From: Limisphaerales bacterium
Lineage (GTDB): Bacteria; Verrucomicrobiota; Verrucomicrobiia; Limisphaerales; UBA11358
Length of the DNA: 62,106 nt
Reading direction: 5' to 3'
Assembly: GCA_052140285.1 (NCBI GenBank)
Contig: JBKQUF010000168.1
Coordinates: 1-62,106, forward strand
Under the pieces are notes generated by a model, which was not told the DNA's origin, ran no database searches, and saw only the letters and a program-made list of their open reading frames with translations. The translations under genes were made by a program, and so were the position numbers. Positions 34,828-43,998 of this stretch are shown here, in pieces. Position 1 is the first letter of the stretch. Each line of letters opens with the position of its first letter.

Positions 34828-36780
34828 ATGAGTAAAAAAGTTCTTTTAACCAGTGTTTGCCGTCCCATGGGACCGAAGTACGGTGATGCCCCCTCCGTCG
34901 GATATGAACTCCTTTACCGTCAGGTCACGCGGGCGCAGGGCATCTTCAGCCCGCGCACCGTGAACGTGCAATTCGGACTGGATTACATCGCCGAAAATCT
35001 CGACGCGCCGACCGTGGTGCTGCAATACCCGTCGAAGCGCGAACTCATCAAGGAACTCAAGAAAGGATACGATTACGTGGGCATCTCGTTCATCATGGCG
35101 CTGATGCACAAGATGAAAGAATCCGTCGCGCTCATTCGCAAATACGCGCCGAACAGCAAAATCGTGCTCGGCGGTTACGGCACGGTGTTGAAGGACGAAG
35201 TGCTCAAGCCTTACGGCGACTACTTCTGTCGCGAAGAAGGCGTGGGTTATTTTCGCCGCCTGTTGGGCGAGCCGGAAATTCCCATGCCCTACAAGCATCC
35301 GCTCATCGTGAGCTGGCTCAAGGTGTTCGGCTGGAAAGTTTCCGGGACGGGTAAAATTTTTGCCGGCCTCGGCTGCCCCAACGGCTGCGATTTTTGCTGC
35401 ACCTCGCATTTCTTCTCGCGCAAACACATCAAATTATTGCCCAGCGGGCGCGACATTTACAATGTCGTGGAACGTTACTTCGACCTCGACCCGAGCCTGG
35501 TGTTCCTCATTATTGACGAAGATTTTCTCCTGAACAAAAAGCGCGCGATGGAATTCCGCGAGTGCGTTCTGGCGGACGGCAAACGGCCTTCCATCTTTGC
35601 GTTCTCCAGCATCAAAGCCATCAGCCAATACACCGTCGAGGAAATCCTGGAAATGGGGATTGACGGTTTCTGGATCGGCTATGAGGGCACGCGCTCGAAT
35701 TACGCCAAGCAACAGGGACGGCCCGTGGCCGACATCCTCAACGAATTTCGCGAGCACGGCATCACCGTGCTCACCTCGATGATTGTCGGGTTCGATTATC
35801 AGACCCCCGAGATCGTGGCGCAGGAATTGGACGGCCTGATGCAACTCAAGCCCGCGCTCGGCCAATATCTCATTTACGGCCCCGTCCCCGGCACGCCGTT
35901 CCATGAACGGGTCATCAAGGAGAATCTTTTGCAGGACGTTTACACCACCGACAAGGATTTGTTTTACCGGCGCGCGGACGGATTCAAGACGATGATGAAA
36001 CATCCGACGCTTTCGCCGGAGCAGATTGAGGACCTCCAGCGCTGGTGTTTCGAGCAGGATTTCCAACGGCTCGGCCCCAGTATTTATCGCGTCCTCGAAA
36101 CGCGCTTCCTTGGCTACCTCAAGCTCAGGAATTCGCCGAACCCGGTTTTGCGCCAGAAAGCCGAATACTTCGCGCACGAATTGCGCTACGCTTACCCCGT
36201 CTTTCTCGCCGGAAAATTGCTCGGTCCCAACGCGAAAATCCGCCAATGGATTGGCGATTTGGAATCGCGCATTCACGCGGAACTGGGCCGCCCCGCCTTC
36301 GCGCAACGGTGCAAGTCTGTCATGGGAGTGGGCGCGGCGTTGTGGACGGGACTCACGTTGAAGCTCGACCTTTTCCAGCATCCCAAATTGCAGCGCACGA
36401 CCTATCGCCTGCCGGAGAAACGCTGGAGCGCCTTCGAGATTTGGGAAGAGTTCCAGAAAAGACATCCCGTCCCGAACTTCTCCGTCAAAGTGGAATTGCA
36501 ACACGCCCGGAAACAGGTCTGGATGCGGATTGAAGGCGCCCCTTCGTCCAAGGACGCCGAGGGTTTGGGCCGGCGCATCCGCGATTCCCTGGCGGGCAGC
36601 CGGAGCCGGCTGGTGCTGGACCTGAAAAAACTGCATTGGGACAAGGCGGGCGACTTGCGGCCGCTTTGGGAGAAGCTGGCGGTTTATCGTTCCCGCATTC
36701 GCCTGGTGCTGCCCAAAGTGGCTGCGGCGCATCCCGAAGTCATCCTTCTCGCCGACATGTTCAAGCACTATAACGGGTGA
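34828..36780 (+). CDS. B12-binding-domain radical SAM protein with STAS-like C-terminal domain
   Basis: N-terminal B12-binding-like region (YDYVGISFIMALM...KIVLGGYG). Cx3Cx2C cluster motif CPNGCDFC. The last ~100 aa (VKVELQHARKQVWMRIEG...RLVLDLKKLHWDKAGDLRPLWEKL...IRLVLP) have a STAS-like beta-alpha pattern. Confidence 0.85.
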   Translation: MSKKVLLTSVCRPMGPKYGDAPSVGYELLYRQVTRAQGIFSPRTVNVQFGLDYIAENLDAPTVVLQYPSKRELIKELKKGYDYVGISFIMALMHKMKESVALIRKYAPNSKIVLGGYGTVLKDEVLKPYGDYFCREEGVGYFRRLLGEPEIPMPYKHPLIVSWLKVFGWKVSGTGKIFAGLGCPNGCDFCCTSHFFSRKHIKLLPSGRDIYNVVERYFDLDPSLVFLIIDEDFLLNKKRAMEFRECVLADGKRPSIFAFSSIKAISQYTVEEILEMGIDGFWIGYEGTRSNYAKQQGRPVADILNEFREHGITVLTSMIVGFDYQTPEIVAQELDGLMQLKPALGQYLIYGPVPGTPFHERVIKENLLQDVYTTDKDLFYRRADGFKTMMKHPTLSPEQIEDLQRWCFEQDFQRLGPSIYRVLETRFLGYLKLRNSPNPVLRQKAEYFAHELRYAYPVFLAGKLLGPNAKIRQWIGDLESRIHAELGRPAFAQRCKSVMGVGAALWTGLTLKLDLFQHPKLQRTTYRLPEKRWSAFEIWEEFQKRHPVPNFSVKVELQHARKQVWMRIEGAPSSKDAEGLGRRIRDSLAGSRSRLVLDLKKLHWDKAGDLRPLWEKLAVYRSRIRLVLPKVAAAHPEVILLADMFKHYNG

Positions 36781-36818
36781 GGAATTCGCGCCTCGTGTTT
36801 TTTTAATACCTCCGCCCC

Positions 36819-36858
36819 ATTGCATTGTGTACCATGCAATTTCCGGCTGTGGCCGGAA
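36819..36858. terminator. two adjacent hairpins between convergent genes (candidate bidirectional terminator)
   Basis: attgcat-tgtgtacc-atgcaat (36819-36840) and ttccggc-tgtg-gccggaa (36841-36858). They lie between the radical SAM stop (36780) and the ClC stop (36914). T/A runs flank the region. Confidence 0.35.
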
Positions 36859-36913
36859 GCCATGAAAAAAATAAACCGGCGCAAAATTTGTTTTATCGCA
36901 GGCAGATTGGCAA

Positions 36914-38659
36914 TCAGCCCGGCATGGCCAGATCGTCGCTGTTCCCTGTTTTTTCCGTTTGGGCACGAAGAAGGTCGTGGAGTGTCACGAGACCAACAAT
37001 TGTGCCGTCCGGACGGTCGAGCACGACGACAAATTGGCTGGTGGAATCAATCAGAGCCATTTGTAAATCGCGAATTGTCTGTCCGCGCAGGCAGATGACC
37101 AGCCGCTCCAGTTTGGGCTGTCGATTTTCCGTCACGGCGGCCTCAGCCTCCCTGCGCGTCAAAATGCCTGCGGGTTTGCCGTCCAGTTCTACCGGGAAGC
37201 GTTGATACGGATGCGCCTTCAAAGCGGACTGAATTTCAGCGCGGTCAAGCTTGTGAAGGATGACTGGCTGGAAATTCGCGATGGCATAGATGGGCAATTG
37301 CTGCCAGCTTTGCAAGTCGCGCGGCGGACGGACATGTTCAATCTGATGGCCGTCCTGGGTTAGCAGCGCATCATAAAAATTCTGCCGGTTCATCTTGCGG
37401 CTGATGGCCTGGCTTGCCAGCGCGCCGATCATCAAGGCCGGCACCAGCGCAAACTCGTGCGTCATTTCAAAAACAATGAGGATGCCCGTGACCGGAGCGC
37501 CAACCACCGAACCAAGGCAGGCACTCATACCCACCACGGTGAGCGTCAGGCTGTCGGCGTGAGACATCGGCCACTCCAGGCCCACCACGCCCGAGGTCAC
37601 GGCGCCTACCATGCCGCCGAAAAACAGCGTGGGTGAGAAAATTCCGCCACAGCCGCCGAAACCGTAGCTGGTAAACGTGGCAATGAATTTTGCCACCAGC
37701 AGAGCCGCTGCCAGTTTCCAGCCGAGGTCGCCGGCCAGCGCGTTGGACAGGTCACCGTAACCCAGGCTGAAAACTCCAAGGTGCCCCGTGCGCCAGAAAA
37801 TGGCCGTGCCCAAGGCCCAGGTTGTCAACCCGCCAAAAACCGGCGTCAACCAGCGTGGAACGCGGCGAATGTTTTTCATCCGGGCCCGCAAACCCATGGA
37901 CGCGTTTTGGAAATACACCCCCACCAGGGCCGCCATCGCGGCGACGAGCGGCGTGAGCGCGTAGCCTGCCACCGATGGTGTGTCGGCGCCCGACAGGGCG
38001 AAGGCGGGCTGTTTGCCGATGATGCCATGCACGACCAACGCGCCCAGCACCGCGGCCAGCAACACCCCGCCCAACAACCGGCTGTTCAGGTCGCCGATGA
38101 TCTCCTCCAGCACAAAAGTCGTGGCCGCCAGCGGCGTGTTGAAAGCGGCGGCAAGCCCCGCTGAAGCTCCGGCCGCCGCCGAGGCCCGCCGGCTTTGTTT
38201 TGCCTCGCCGGTGAGACCGGCCAGATTGGAACTGACGGCTCCAGCCAACTGCACGCTTGGACCTTCACGCCCCAAACTGGAGCCACCGCCGATGCTCAAT
38301 ATGCCGGCGAGGAATTTTACCCAAACCACGCGCAACGGGATTTGGCCAAAATCTTTCCAAAAGGCGAGCTTGAGTTGCGGGATGCCGCTGCCAGCCGCCT
38401 CCGGGCAGTAGGAGTTCAGCAGCCATCCCACCAGCAGTGAAGAAACGACGACAATCACGAAACTGCCAACAAGAAACGTCGTCTGCGATTGATGGGAAAG
38501 CTGCACCAAGCCCAGTTGGTAAAGCCAGTTCATCCCCAATTGAAACACCACCGCCACGCCGCCGGCCGCCAAACCATAAAGGCAGGCCTGCACGATGGCG
38601 CGGGTCTGCCGCGGCAGTCTTTGAAAAAAATCAACCAGGAACAACGCTCTCACAGACAA
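36914..38659 (-). CDS. ClC-family chloride channel / H+-Cl- antiporter with C-terminal CBS domains
   Basis: Selectivity-filter motifs GSGIPQ, GREGPSVQ and GIFSPTLF. C-terminal CBS pair (...GIVGLVTLHDLL). Confidence 0.9.
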   Translation of the reverse strand: MSVRALFLVDFFQRLPRQTRAIVQACLYGLAAGGVAVVFQLGMNWLYQLGLVQLSHQSQTTFLVGSFVIVVVSSLLVGWLLNSYCPEAAGSGIPQLKLAFWKDFGQIPLRVVWVKFLAGILSIGGGSSLGREGPSVQLAGAVSSNLAGLTGEAKQSRRASAAAGASAGLAAAFNTPLAATTFVLEEIIGDLNSRLLGGVLLAAVLGALVVHGIIGKQPAFALSGADTPSVAGYALTPLVAAMAALVGVYFQNASMGLRARMKNIRRVPRWLTPVFGGLTTWALGTAIFWRTGHLGVFSLGYGDLSNALAGDLGWKLAAALLVAKFIATFTSYGFGGCGGIFSPTLFFGGMVGAVTSGVVGLEWPMSHADSLTLTVVGMSACLGSVVGAPVTGILIVFEMTHEFALVPALMIGALASQAISRKMNRQNFYDALLTQDGHQIEHVRPPRDLQSWQQLPIYAIANFQPVILHKLDRAEIQSALKAHPYQRFPVELDGKPAGILTRREAEAAVTENRQPKLERLVICLRGQTIRDLQMALIDSTSQFVVVLDRPDGTIVGLVTLHDLLRAQTEKTGNSDDLAMPG

Positions 38660-39039
38660 TCATTTTGAACATTCTCAGCCTTCTTAAAAGTTAATTTTCA
38701 AATGCCGATGACAACTGTCGCGCCTGCGCGGTTGGAAAAGGTTTGGGCCTTGGCGTGGGGCGATGCCGGCAGCCATGCCGCCAGAACAAACATTAATACT
38801 TTTAGAGGTGCTTTCACCGTCCTTCTTCATGAAGGCGATTTTCATGTTTTTTTGAATTGCTCCTTGTCAAGAGCCATTCATTTGCGCTCTGCCCAATAAT
38901 CTTCCGAACCAAAAAACCGCCGCCGGAAACACTCATCTTGAGCGCGTGGATTGCGGGAATTTATGCCCGTGTCCTGTTTTTGAATTTGAACCCGCTATTG
39001 ACAATTAAAACTTTCTCCGCAACGTTGCCCGGCATTTAA

Positions 39040-41838
39040 ATGGGTAAAGCATTGATCATAGCGGAAAAACCGTCAGTCGCCGGCGACATCGCCAAGGCGC
39101 TCGGCGGTTTCACCAAAGATAAAAGCGGCGAATTTTTCGAAAGCGCCGATTACGTCGTTTCGTCGGCCGTCGGCCATCTGCTGGAGCTGGTCCTGCCCGA
39201 AGGCGTGGAGGCCGCGCGCGGCAAATGGACGTTCGCCCATCTGCCCGTCATTCCTTCGCACTTCGATTTAAAGCCCATCGAGAAAAACGAGAACCGCCTC
39301 AAGGTCCTGCTCCGGCTCATCAAACGCAAGGACGTGGACCGCCTGATCAACGCCTGCGACGCCGGACGCGAGGGCGAACTGATTTTTCGTTACATTATTC
39401 AATACGCCAAAACCGACAAGCCGATCCAGCGGCTCTGGCTGCAAAGCATGACGGCGGCGGCCATCCGCGAAGGGTTCGCGAAATTGCGCGCGAATGATGA
39501 AATGATTCCACTGGCGGACGCGGCGGTTTGCCGCAGCGAAAGCGATTGGCTGGTGGGCATCAACGGCACGCGCGCGATGACGGCCTTCAATTCCAAAACC
39601 GGCGGATTTCACCTGACCACGGTCGGGCGCGTGCAAACGCCCACGCTGGCCATTTTGGTTGAGCGCGAGGCAAAGATAAAAAAATTCGTTCCGCGCGATT
39701 TTTGGGAAATCCACGGGACCTTTGGGGCGCAGGCCGGAGAATACGCCGGACGATGGTTCGACGAAAATTTTGCGAGGAAGGACGGCGACGAACAGCTTAG
39801 GGCCGAGCGGCTTTGGGAAGTCGCGCGCGCGGAGGAAATCCGCAATAAATGCCTCGGCAAACCCGGCATTGTCACCGAGGAAAGCAAGCCGACGACCTCG
39901 ATGTCGCCGTTGCTTTATGATTTGACGAGCCTGCAGCGCGAGGCGAACGGGCGGTTCGGCTTTTCCGCCAAGAACACTCTGGGACTGGCGCAGGCGTTGT
40001 ACGAGAAGCACAAGGTGCTGACCTATCCCCGCACGGATTCGCGGGCGTTGCCGGAGGATTACGTCGCCACGGTGAAGCAGACCATGGAAACCCTGGCCGG
40101 AACGAATTACCGGACGTTTGCCGATGCCATCTTGAAGAACGGCTGGGTACACCCAAACAAACGCATCTTCAATAATGCCAAGGTCTCGGACCACTTCGCC
40201 ATCATTCCCACGCTGGTTGCGCCCAAACATTTGTCCGAGCCGGAACACAAACTGTACGACCTCGTCACCAAACGGTTCCTCGCCATTTTTTATCCGGCGG
40301 CGGAATTCATGGTCACCACGCGGATTACGCGCGTGGAAGGCGAGCCGTTCAAGAGCGAGGGCAAGGTGATGGTCAAGGCCGGCTGGCTGGAAGTCTATGG
40401 CAAGGAAGCGCAATCGGAAGATTCGCCGACGCTCGTCCCGGTGCAGCCGAACGAGCAGGTTAAAACGGTGAATGTGGAAGTGCAGGCGAACGTCACCAAA
40501 CCGCCGCCGCGTTATTCCGAGGCCACGCTCCTCTCGGCCATGGAAGGCGCGGGGAAATTGGTGGACGACGAGGAATTGCGCGAGGCGATGAGCGAGAAAG
40601 GTCTCGGCACGCCCGCGACGCGCGCGCAGATCATCGAAGGGTTGATCTGGGAGAAATATGTTTTGCGCAACCAACGCGAATTGCAGCCCACGGCGAAGGC
40701 CTTTTCCCTGATCACCCTGTTGAACGGCCTGGGCGTGCCCGAATTGACTTCGCCGGAATTGACCGGCGAATGGGAATTCAAATTGAACCAGATGGCGCGC
40801 GGAAAATTAAAGCGCGCCGATTTCATGCGCGAAATCACCGACGCCACGCGCGAAATCGTCGGCAAGGCAAAACGGTACGAGAGCGACACCGTACCCGGGG
40901 ATTTTGGGACGCTGAAGACTCCCTGCCCCAAATGCGGCGGAGAAATCGACGAAAACTACAAGAAATTTCAGTGCCAGAAATGCGACTTCGCACTTTGGAA
41001 GATTGTGGCCGGGCGGCAACTGGAAATTCCCGAAGTCGAGGAATTGATCTCCAAGGGGCAGGTGGGGCCATTGCAGGGATTTCGCAGTGCCAAGGGATTT
41101 CCCTTTGCCGCCATCATCAAAATGGGGGCGGGCTTCAAGCCCGAATTTGATTTTGGCAATGACAAAAAGGAAAATGGGGAGGATTCCGCGCCGGTGGATT
41201 TCACCGGCAAAGTGCCGCTGGGCAAATGCCCGAAGTGCGGCGCGAATGTTTTCGACGCCGGGATGAATTATGTCTGCGAAAAGGCGACCGGCCCCGACAA
41301 GAAATGCGCCTTTAAAACCGGCAAAATTATTTTGCAGCAGGAAATGGCGCCGGAGCAGGTCAGGAAATTACTCAATGAAGGCAAGACAGAGCTGCTCAAG
41401 GGATTTGTCTCCAAGAAGACCGGACGCAAGTTCGAGGCGTTTTTGGTTTTGAAGGACGGCGGCACGGCGTTCGAATTTGCTCCCCGGGTAAGGAAGGCGG
41501 GGAGCAAAAAATCGGCCTCCACGGAACCGCTGCCAAAAATTGATTTCACGGGCAGGGAATCCATCGGCAAGTGCCCGAAGTGCGGGGGCAAGGTGTTTGA
41601 CACCCCGGCGGGCTATCTTTGCGAGAAATCCCAGGCCGATTCCAAGCCGTGCCGGTTCAAGGTCAACAAGGAAATCCTCGGCCAGCCGATTGAACCGGCC
41701 CAGGCCCAAAAAATCCTCACGGACGGCAAATCCGATTTGCTCGATAAATTTATTTCCAAGGCCGGCCGACCGTTCCCGGCGTACCTCGTGATGGACGAGA
41801 AGGGGAAGATCACCTTTGATTTTCCGCCGCGTGAATAA
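39040..41838 (+). CDS. topB: DNA topoisomerase III with C-terminal zinc-ribbon repeats
   Basis: Toprim start MGKALIIAEKPSVAGDIAKAL. Active-site Tyr context LTYPRTDSRALPEDY. C-terminal repeats with CPKCGG/CxKC pairs. Confidence 0.9.
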   Translation: MGKALIIAEKPSVAGDIAKALGGFTKDKSGEFFESADYVVSSAVGHLLELVLPEGVEAARGKWTFAHLPVIPSHFDLKPIEKNENRLKVLLRLIKRKDVDRLINACDAGREGELIFRYIIQYAKTDKPIQRLWLQSMTAAAIREGFAKLRANDEMIPLADAAVCRSESDWLVGINGTRAMTAFNSKTGGFHLTTVGRVQTPTLAILVEREAKIKKFVPRDFWEIHGTFGAQAGEYAGRWFDENFARKDGDEQLRAERLWEVARAEEIRNKCLGKPGIVTEESKPTTSMSPLLYDLTSLQREANGRFGFSAKNTLGLAQALYEKHKVLTYPRTDSRALPEDYVATVKQTMETLAGTNYRTFADAILKNGWVHPNKRIFNNAKVSDHFAIIPTLVAPKHLSEPEHKLYDLVTKRFLAIFYPAAEFMVTTRITRVEGEPFKSEGKVMVKAGWLEVYGKEAQSEDSPTLVPVQPNEQVKTVNVEVQANVTKPPPRYSEATLLSAMEGAGKLVDDEELREAMSEKGLGTPATRAQIIEGLIWEKYVLRNQRELQPTAKAFSLITLLNGLGVPELTSPELTGEWEFKLNQMARGKLKRADFMREITDATREIVGKAKRYESDTVPGDFGTLKTPCPKCGGEIDENYKKFQCQKCDFALWKIVAGRQLEIPEVEELISKGQVGPLQGFRSAKGFPFAAIIKMGAGFKPEFDFGNDKKENGEDSAPVDFTGKVPLGKCPKCGANVFDAGMNYVCEKATGPDKKCAFKTGKIILQQEMAPEQVRKLLNEGKTELLKGFVSKKTGRKFEAFLVLKDGGTAFEFAPRVRKAGSKKSASTEPLPKIDFTGRESIGKCPKCGGKVFDTPAGYLCEKSQADSKPCRFKVNKEILGQPIEPAQAQKILTDGKSDLLDKFISKAGRPFPAYLVMDEKGKITFDFPPRE

Positions 41839-41926
41839 TTCAACCACGAATAAAACATCCCCAAAGCCTCGCCCCAGGAGCGCAAAGGCCTTGGAGTGTT
41901 TGCGAGAAAATTATCTGCATTTTTAT

Positions 41927-42104
41927 AACATTACACTTTGGGCATTCTGTGCTTAACTCGCCTCGTGCAGATGAAATTTCAAATTCGGCGGGGAGCGCGA
42001 CCGTCCCAGTCGCTGTTCGAGGCGTTCGCCCATCGAACCCTTCCGGACGTGTCGCAACGAAGTGAAGTAAAGGTGTACATTCGCGACGAGGCATCGCGAA
42101 CAAC
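41927..42104 (+). repeat. dispersed ~175-nt twin-hairpin element, copy B
   Basis: Collinear with 15443-15616 in the same orientation. Hairpins: 41997-42013 (gcgac/gtcgc) and 42015-42038 (gttcga...tcgaac with inner ggc/gcc). Confidence 0.75.
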
Positions 42105-42249
42105 GCGGGGGGCGCGCGTGCTTTCCTCCAATTTCCCCATTTTCCCCTTTGTTTTCGCCGTTTTGCCACCGACGCCGTGGTTCTTTTTCACGCGTTTTAA
42201 CGTTAATTAACGCGAATTAACATCATCCTGTTGCGGTTTTAGCATTTCC

Positions 42250-43026
42250 ATGCAACTTCATTTTAGAGAATTTGGCGCCGGTACACCGCTGGTCATCCTG
42301 CACGGGTTGTTCGGCTCCTCGGACAATTGGCTGGGCATCGCGCCCCGGCTGGCGGACCAATTCCGGGTGTTCATTTTGGACCTCCGAAACCATGGGCAAT
42401 CACCGCACAGCGACGAGATGAACTATTCCGTGATGGCCGGGGACGTGGTGGAATTTTTGGATGCGCAAACATTGGAACGCGCCAGCGTGCTGGGACATTC
42501 GATGGGTGGAAAGGTGGCCATGCGATTGGCGCTGGATTTTCCGTCGCGTCTCGAAAAATTGATTGTGGCGGACATGGCCCCGCGCCTTTATGCGCCGGAA
42601 TATGAGGGTTACTTCGCGGCGCTGTTGGCGTTGGACCTGAAAGCCTATCCGTCGCGCCGGCAGATTGAGGAAGCGCTGGCCCCGGCAATCCCCAATCTGG
42701 TCATCCGCCGGTTCCTGTTGAAGAACCTCGGACATCATCCCGATGGCTCCTATTTTTGGCGGATCAATCTGGACGGCATCCACCAAAACTATCCGGCTTT
42801 GTGTGCAGCCATCATTTCGGACAAACAATTCGAGCAACCGACCTTGTTTCTGAGCGGCGGCAAGTCGAATTACGTGACCGAAACCGACCGTCCCCAAATC
42901 TTGAAATTATTTCCGAGGGCTAAATTTGAGGTGATAACGAACGCCGGCCATTGGCTCCATGCCGATGCGCCGGAGGAGTTTGTCCGCTGCGTCTCGGAAT
43001 ATTTGAGCGCGAGCGACGTGGGATGA
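42250..43026 (+). CDS. alpha/beta-fold hydrolase (YbfF-like esterase)
   Basis: HGLFGSSDNW oxyanion region. Nucleophile elbow GHSMGG. C-terminal GHWLHAD. Confidence 0.85.
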   Translation: MQLHFREFGAGTPLVILHGLFGSSDNWLGIAPRLADQFRVFILDLRNHGQSPHSDEMNYSVMAGDVVEFLDAQTLERASVLGHSMGGKVAMRLALDFPSRLEKLIVADMAPRLYAPEYEGYFAALLALDLKAYPSRRQIEEALAPAIPNLVIRRFLLKNLGHHPDGSYFWRINLDGIHQNYPALCAAIISDKQFEQPTLFLSGGKSNYVTETDRPQILKLFPRAKFEVITNAGHWLHADAPEEFVRCVSEYLSASDVG

Positions 43027-43092
43027 CTCCTCCGGGTAAGCGCCGTAAAGATTGAGGAAATTGTTGGTTTATTACCTTGATTTCATGAGACG

Positions 43093-43668
43093 GTGAATCA
43101 ACTTGGGAGCGTTGGCGTTTTCACGAGCTTCTCGATGAGCGGTGATTTTTGCATCCGAGAATTTGCCAGCGGTGATTCCGTGAGTGCGATTACCGCATTG
43201 CTGCGCGCCGCCTATGCTTCTCTGGCTGCGAGCGGATTTCGTTATCTCGCATCACACCAAGACGAAACCATTACCCTGCGTCGTCTTCAGAGCGGCATTC
43301 CATTTATTGCCGAGAGTCGAGGTGACATTATTGGTACGGTTACGGTTTATAGGCCGTCGTCCACCTCATTGTGTGAGTGGTATCGGCAGCCGACTGTCTA
43401 TCATTTCGGCCAGTTCGCCGTCCGCCCAGACCTGCAACAGCGCGGTATCGGCTCGCGGATTTATGAGCATGTCGAGGCCTTTGCTCGTTCTCTTGATGTC
43501 GCGGAGTTGGCACTCGACACGGCTGAGGGCGCACTTCATCTTCGGCGCTGGTATGAGCATCTTGGTTTCCGGTTTGTGCAGTTTATATCATGGGATGAGA
43601 CGAATTACAGGAGCGTCATTCTATCGAAGGCACTCAACAAAACGCATATCACCGCGCTGGAACGTTAG
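43093..43668 (+). CDS. GNAT-family N-acetyltransferase
   Basis: FAVRPDLQQRGIGSRIYEHVEAFAR...LRRWYEHLGFRFV is the GNAT motif A/B pattern. A GTG start at 43093 or ATG at 43135 is possible. Confidence 0.75.
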   Translation: MNQLGSVGVFTSFSMSGDFCIREFASGDSVSAITALLRAAYASLAASGFRYLASHQDETITLRRLQSGIPFIAESRGDIIGTVTVYRPSSTSLCEWYRQPTVYHFGQFAVRPDLQQRGIGSRIYEHVEAFARSLDVAELALDTAEGALHLRRWYEHLGFRFVQFISWDETNYRSVILSKALNKTHITALER

Positions 43669-43795
43669 GCGGCAGTGGCAGAATGCGCCGCGCCGAAGGC
43701 GCTGGAAGAGGTTGATCAGGCGCAGGAAAATCTGCACGAGGTTTTTTGAGATGGCAGGTGAGGGATGGGCACACGCCGCTTTGGGGAAGATGGAA

Positions 43796-43830
43796 AACAT
43801 CGAACATCCAACATTCAACATCCAACATCG
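43796..43830. repeat. 7-bp tandem repeat (AACATYS x5)
   Basis: aacatcg aacatcc aacattc aacatcc aacatcg, read directly. Confidence 0.85.
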
Positions 43831-43935
43831 AATGGGGAAAAAGCGGTGTCAGCCCTGTTTCCCTCCAGCCATTTCCAAGACGACCCCAACCTTCAACGCT
43901 CAAGACGTCCGATACGAGAGCCATTGGAGTTGGGC

Positions 43936-43959
43936 GTTGAATGTTGAGCGTTGAATGTT
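43936..43959. repeat. 7-bp tandem repeat in inverse orientation (GTTGARY x3.4)
   Basis: gttgaat gttgagc gttgaat gtt. This is the reverse-complement family of the 43796 array. ttgagcgttgaa (43944-43955) is also a perfect inverted match to ttcaacgctcaa (43892-43903). Confidence 0.8.
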
Positions 43960-43998
43960 TTTGCCGGTTCATGGAGAGGAGCGTAACTTGTGGTGACG

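Noticed and set aside
38660-39039. Fluoride (crcB-motif) riboswitch or leader peptide upstream of the ClC gene. GGCGATGCC...GCCGCC-like strings occur at ~38755-38790, and a 39-codon GTG-initiated signal-like ORF lies on the minus strand.
   Set aside because: The GC-rich string lacks the conserved GGNGUUC/CUGAUGAUGCCUAC features. The channel has canonical chloride-type filter motifs (GSGIPQ, GREGP, GIFSP) rather than CLC-F features. The small ORF has no support beyond being open.
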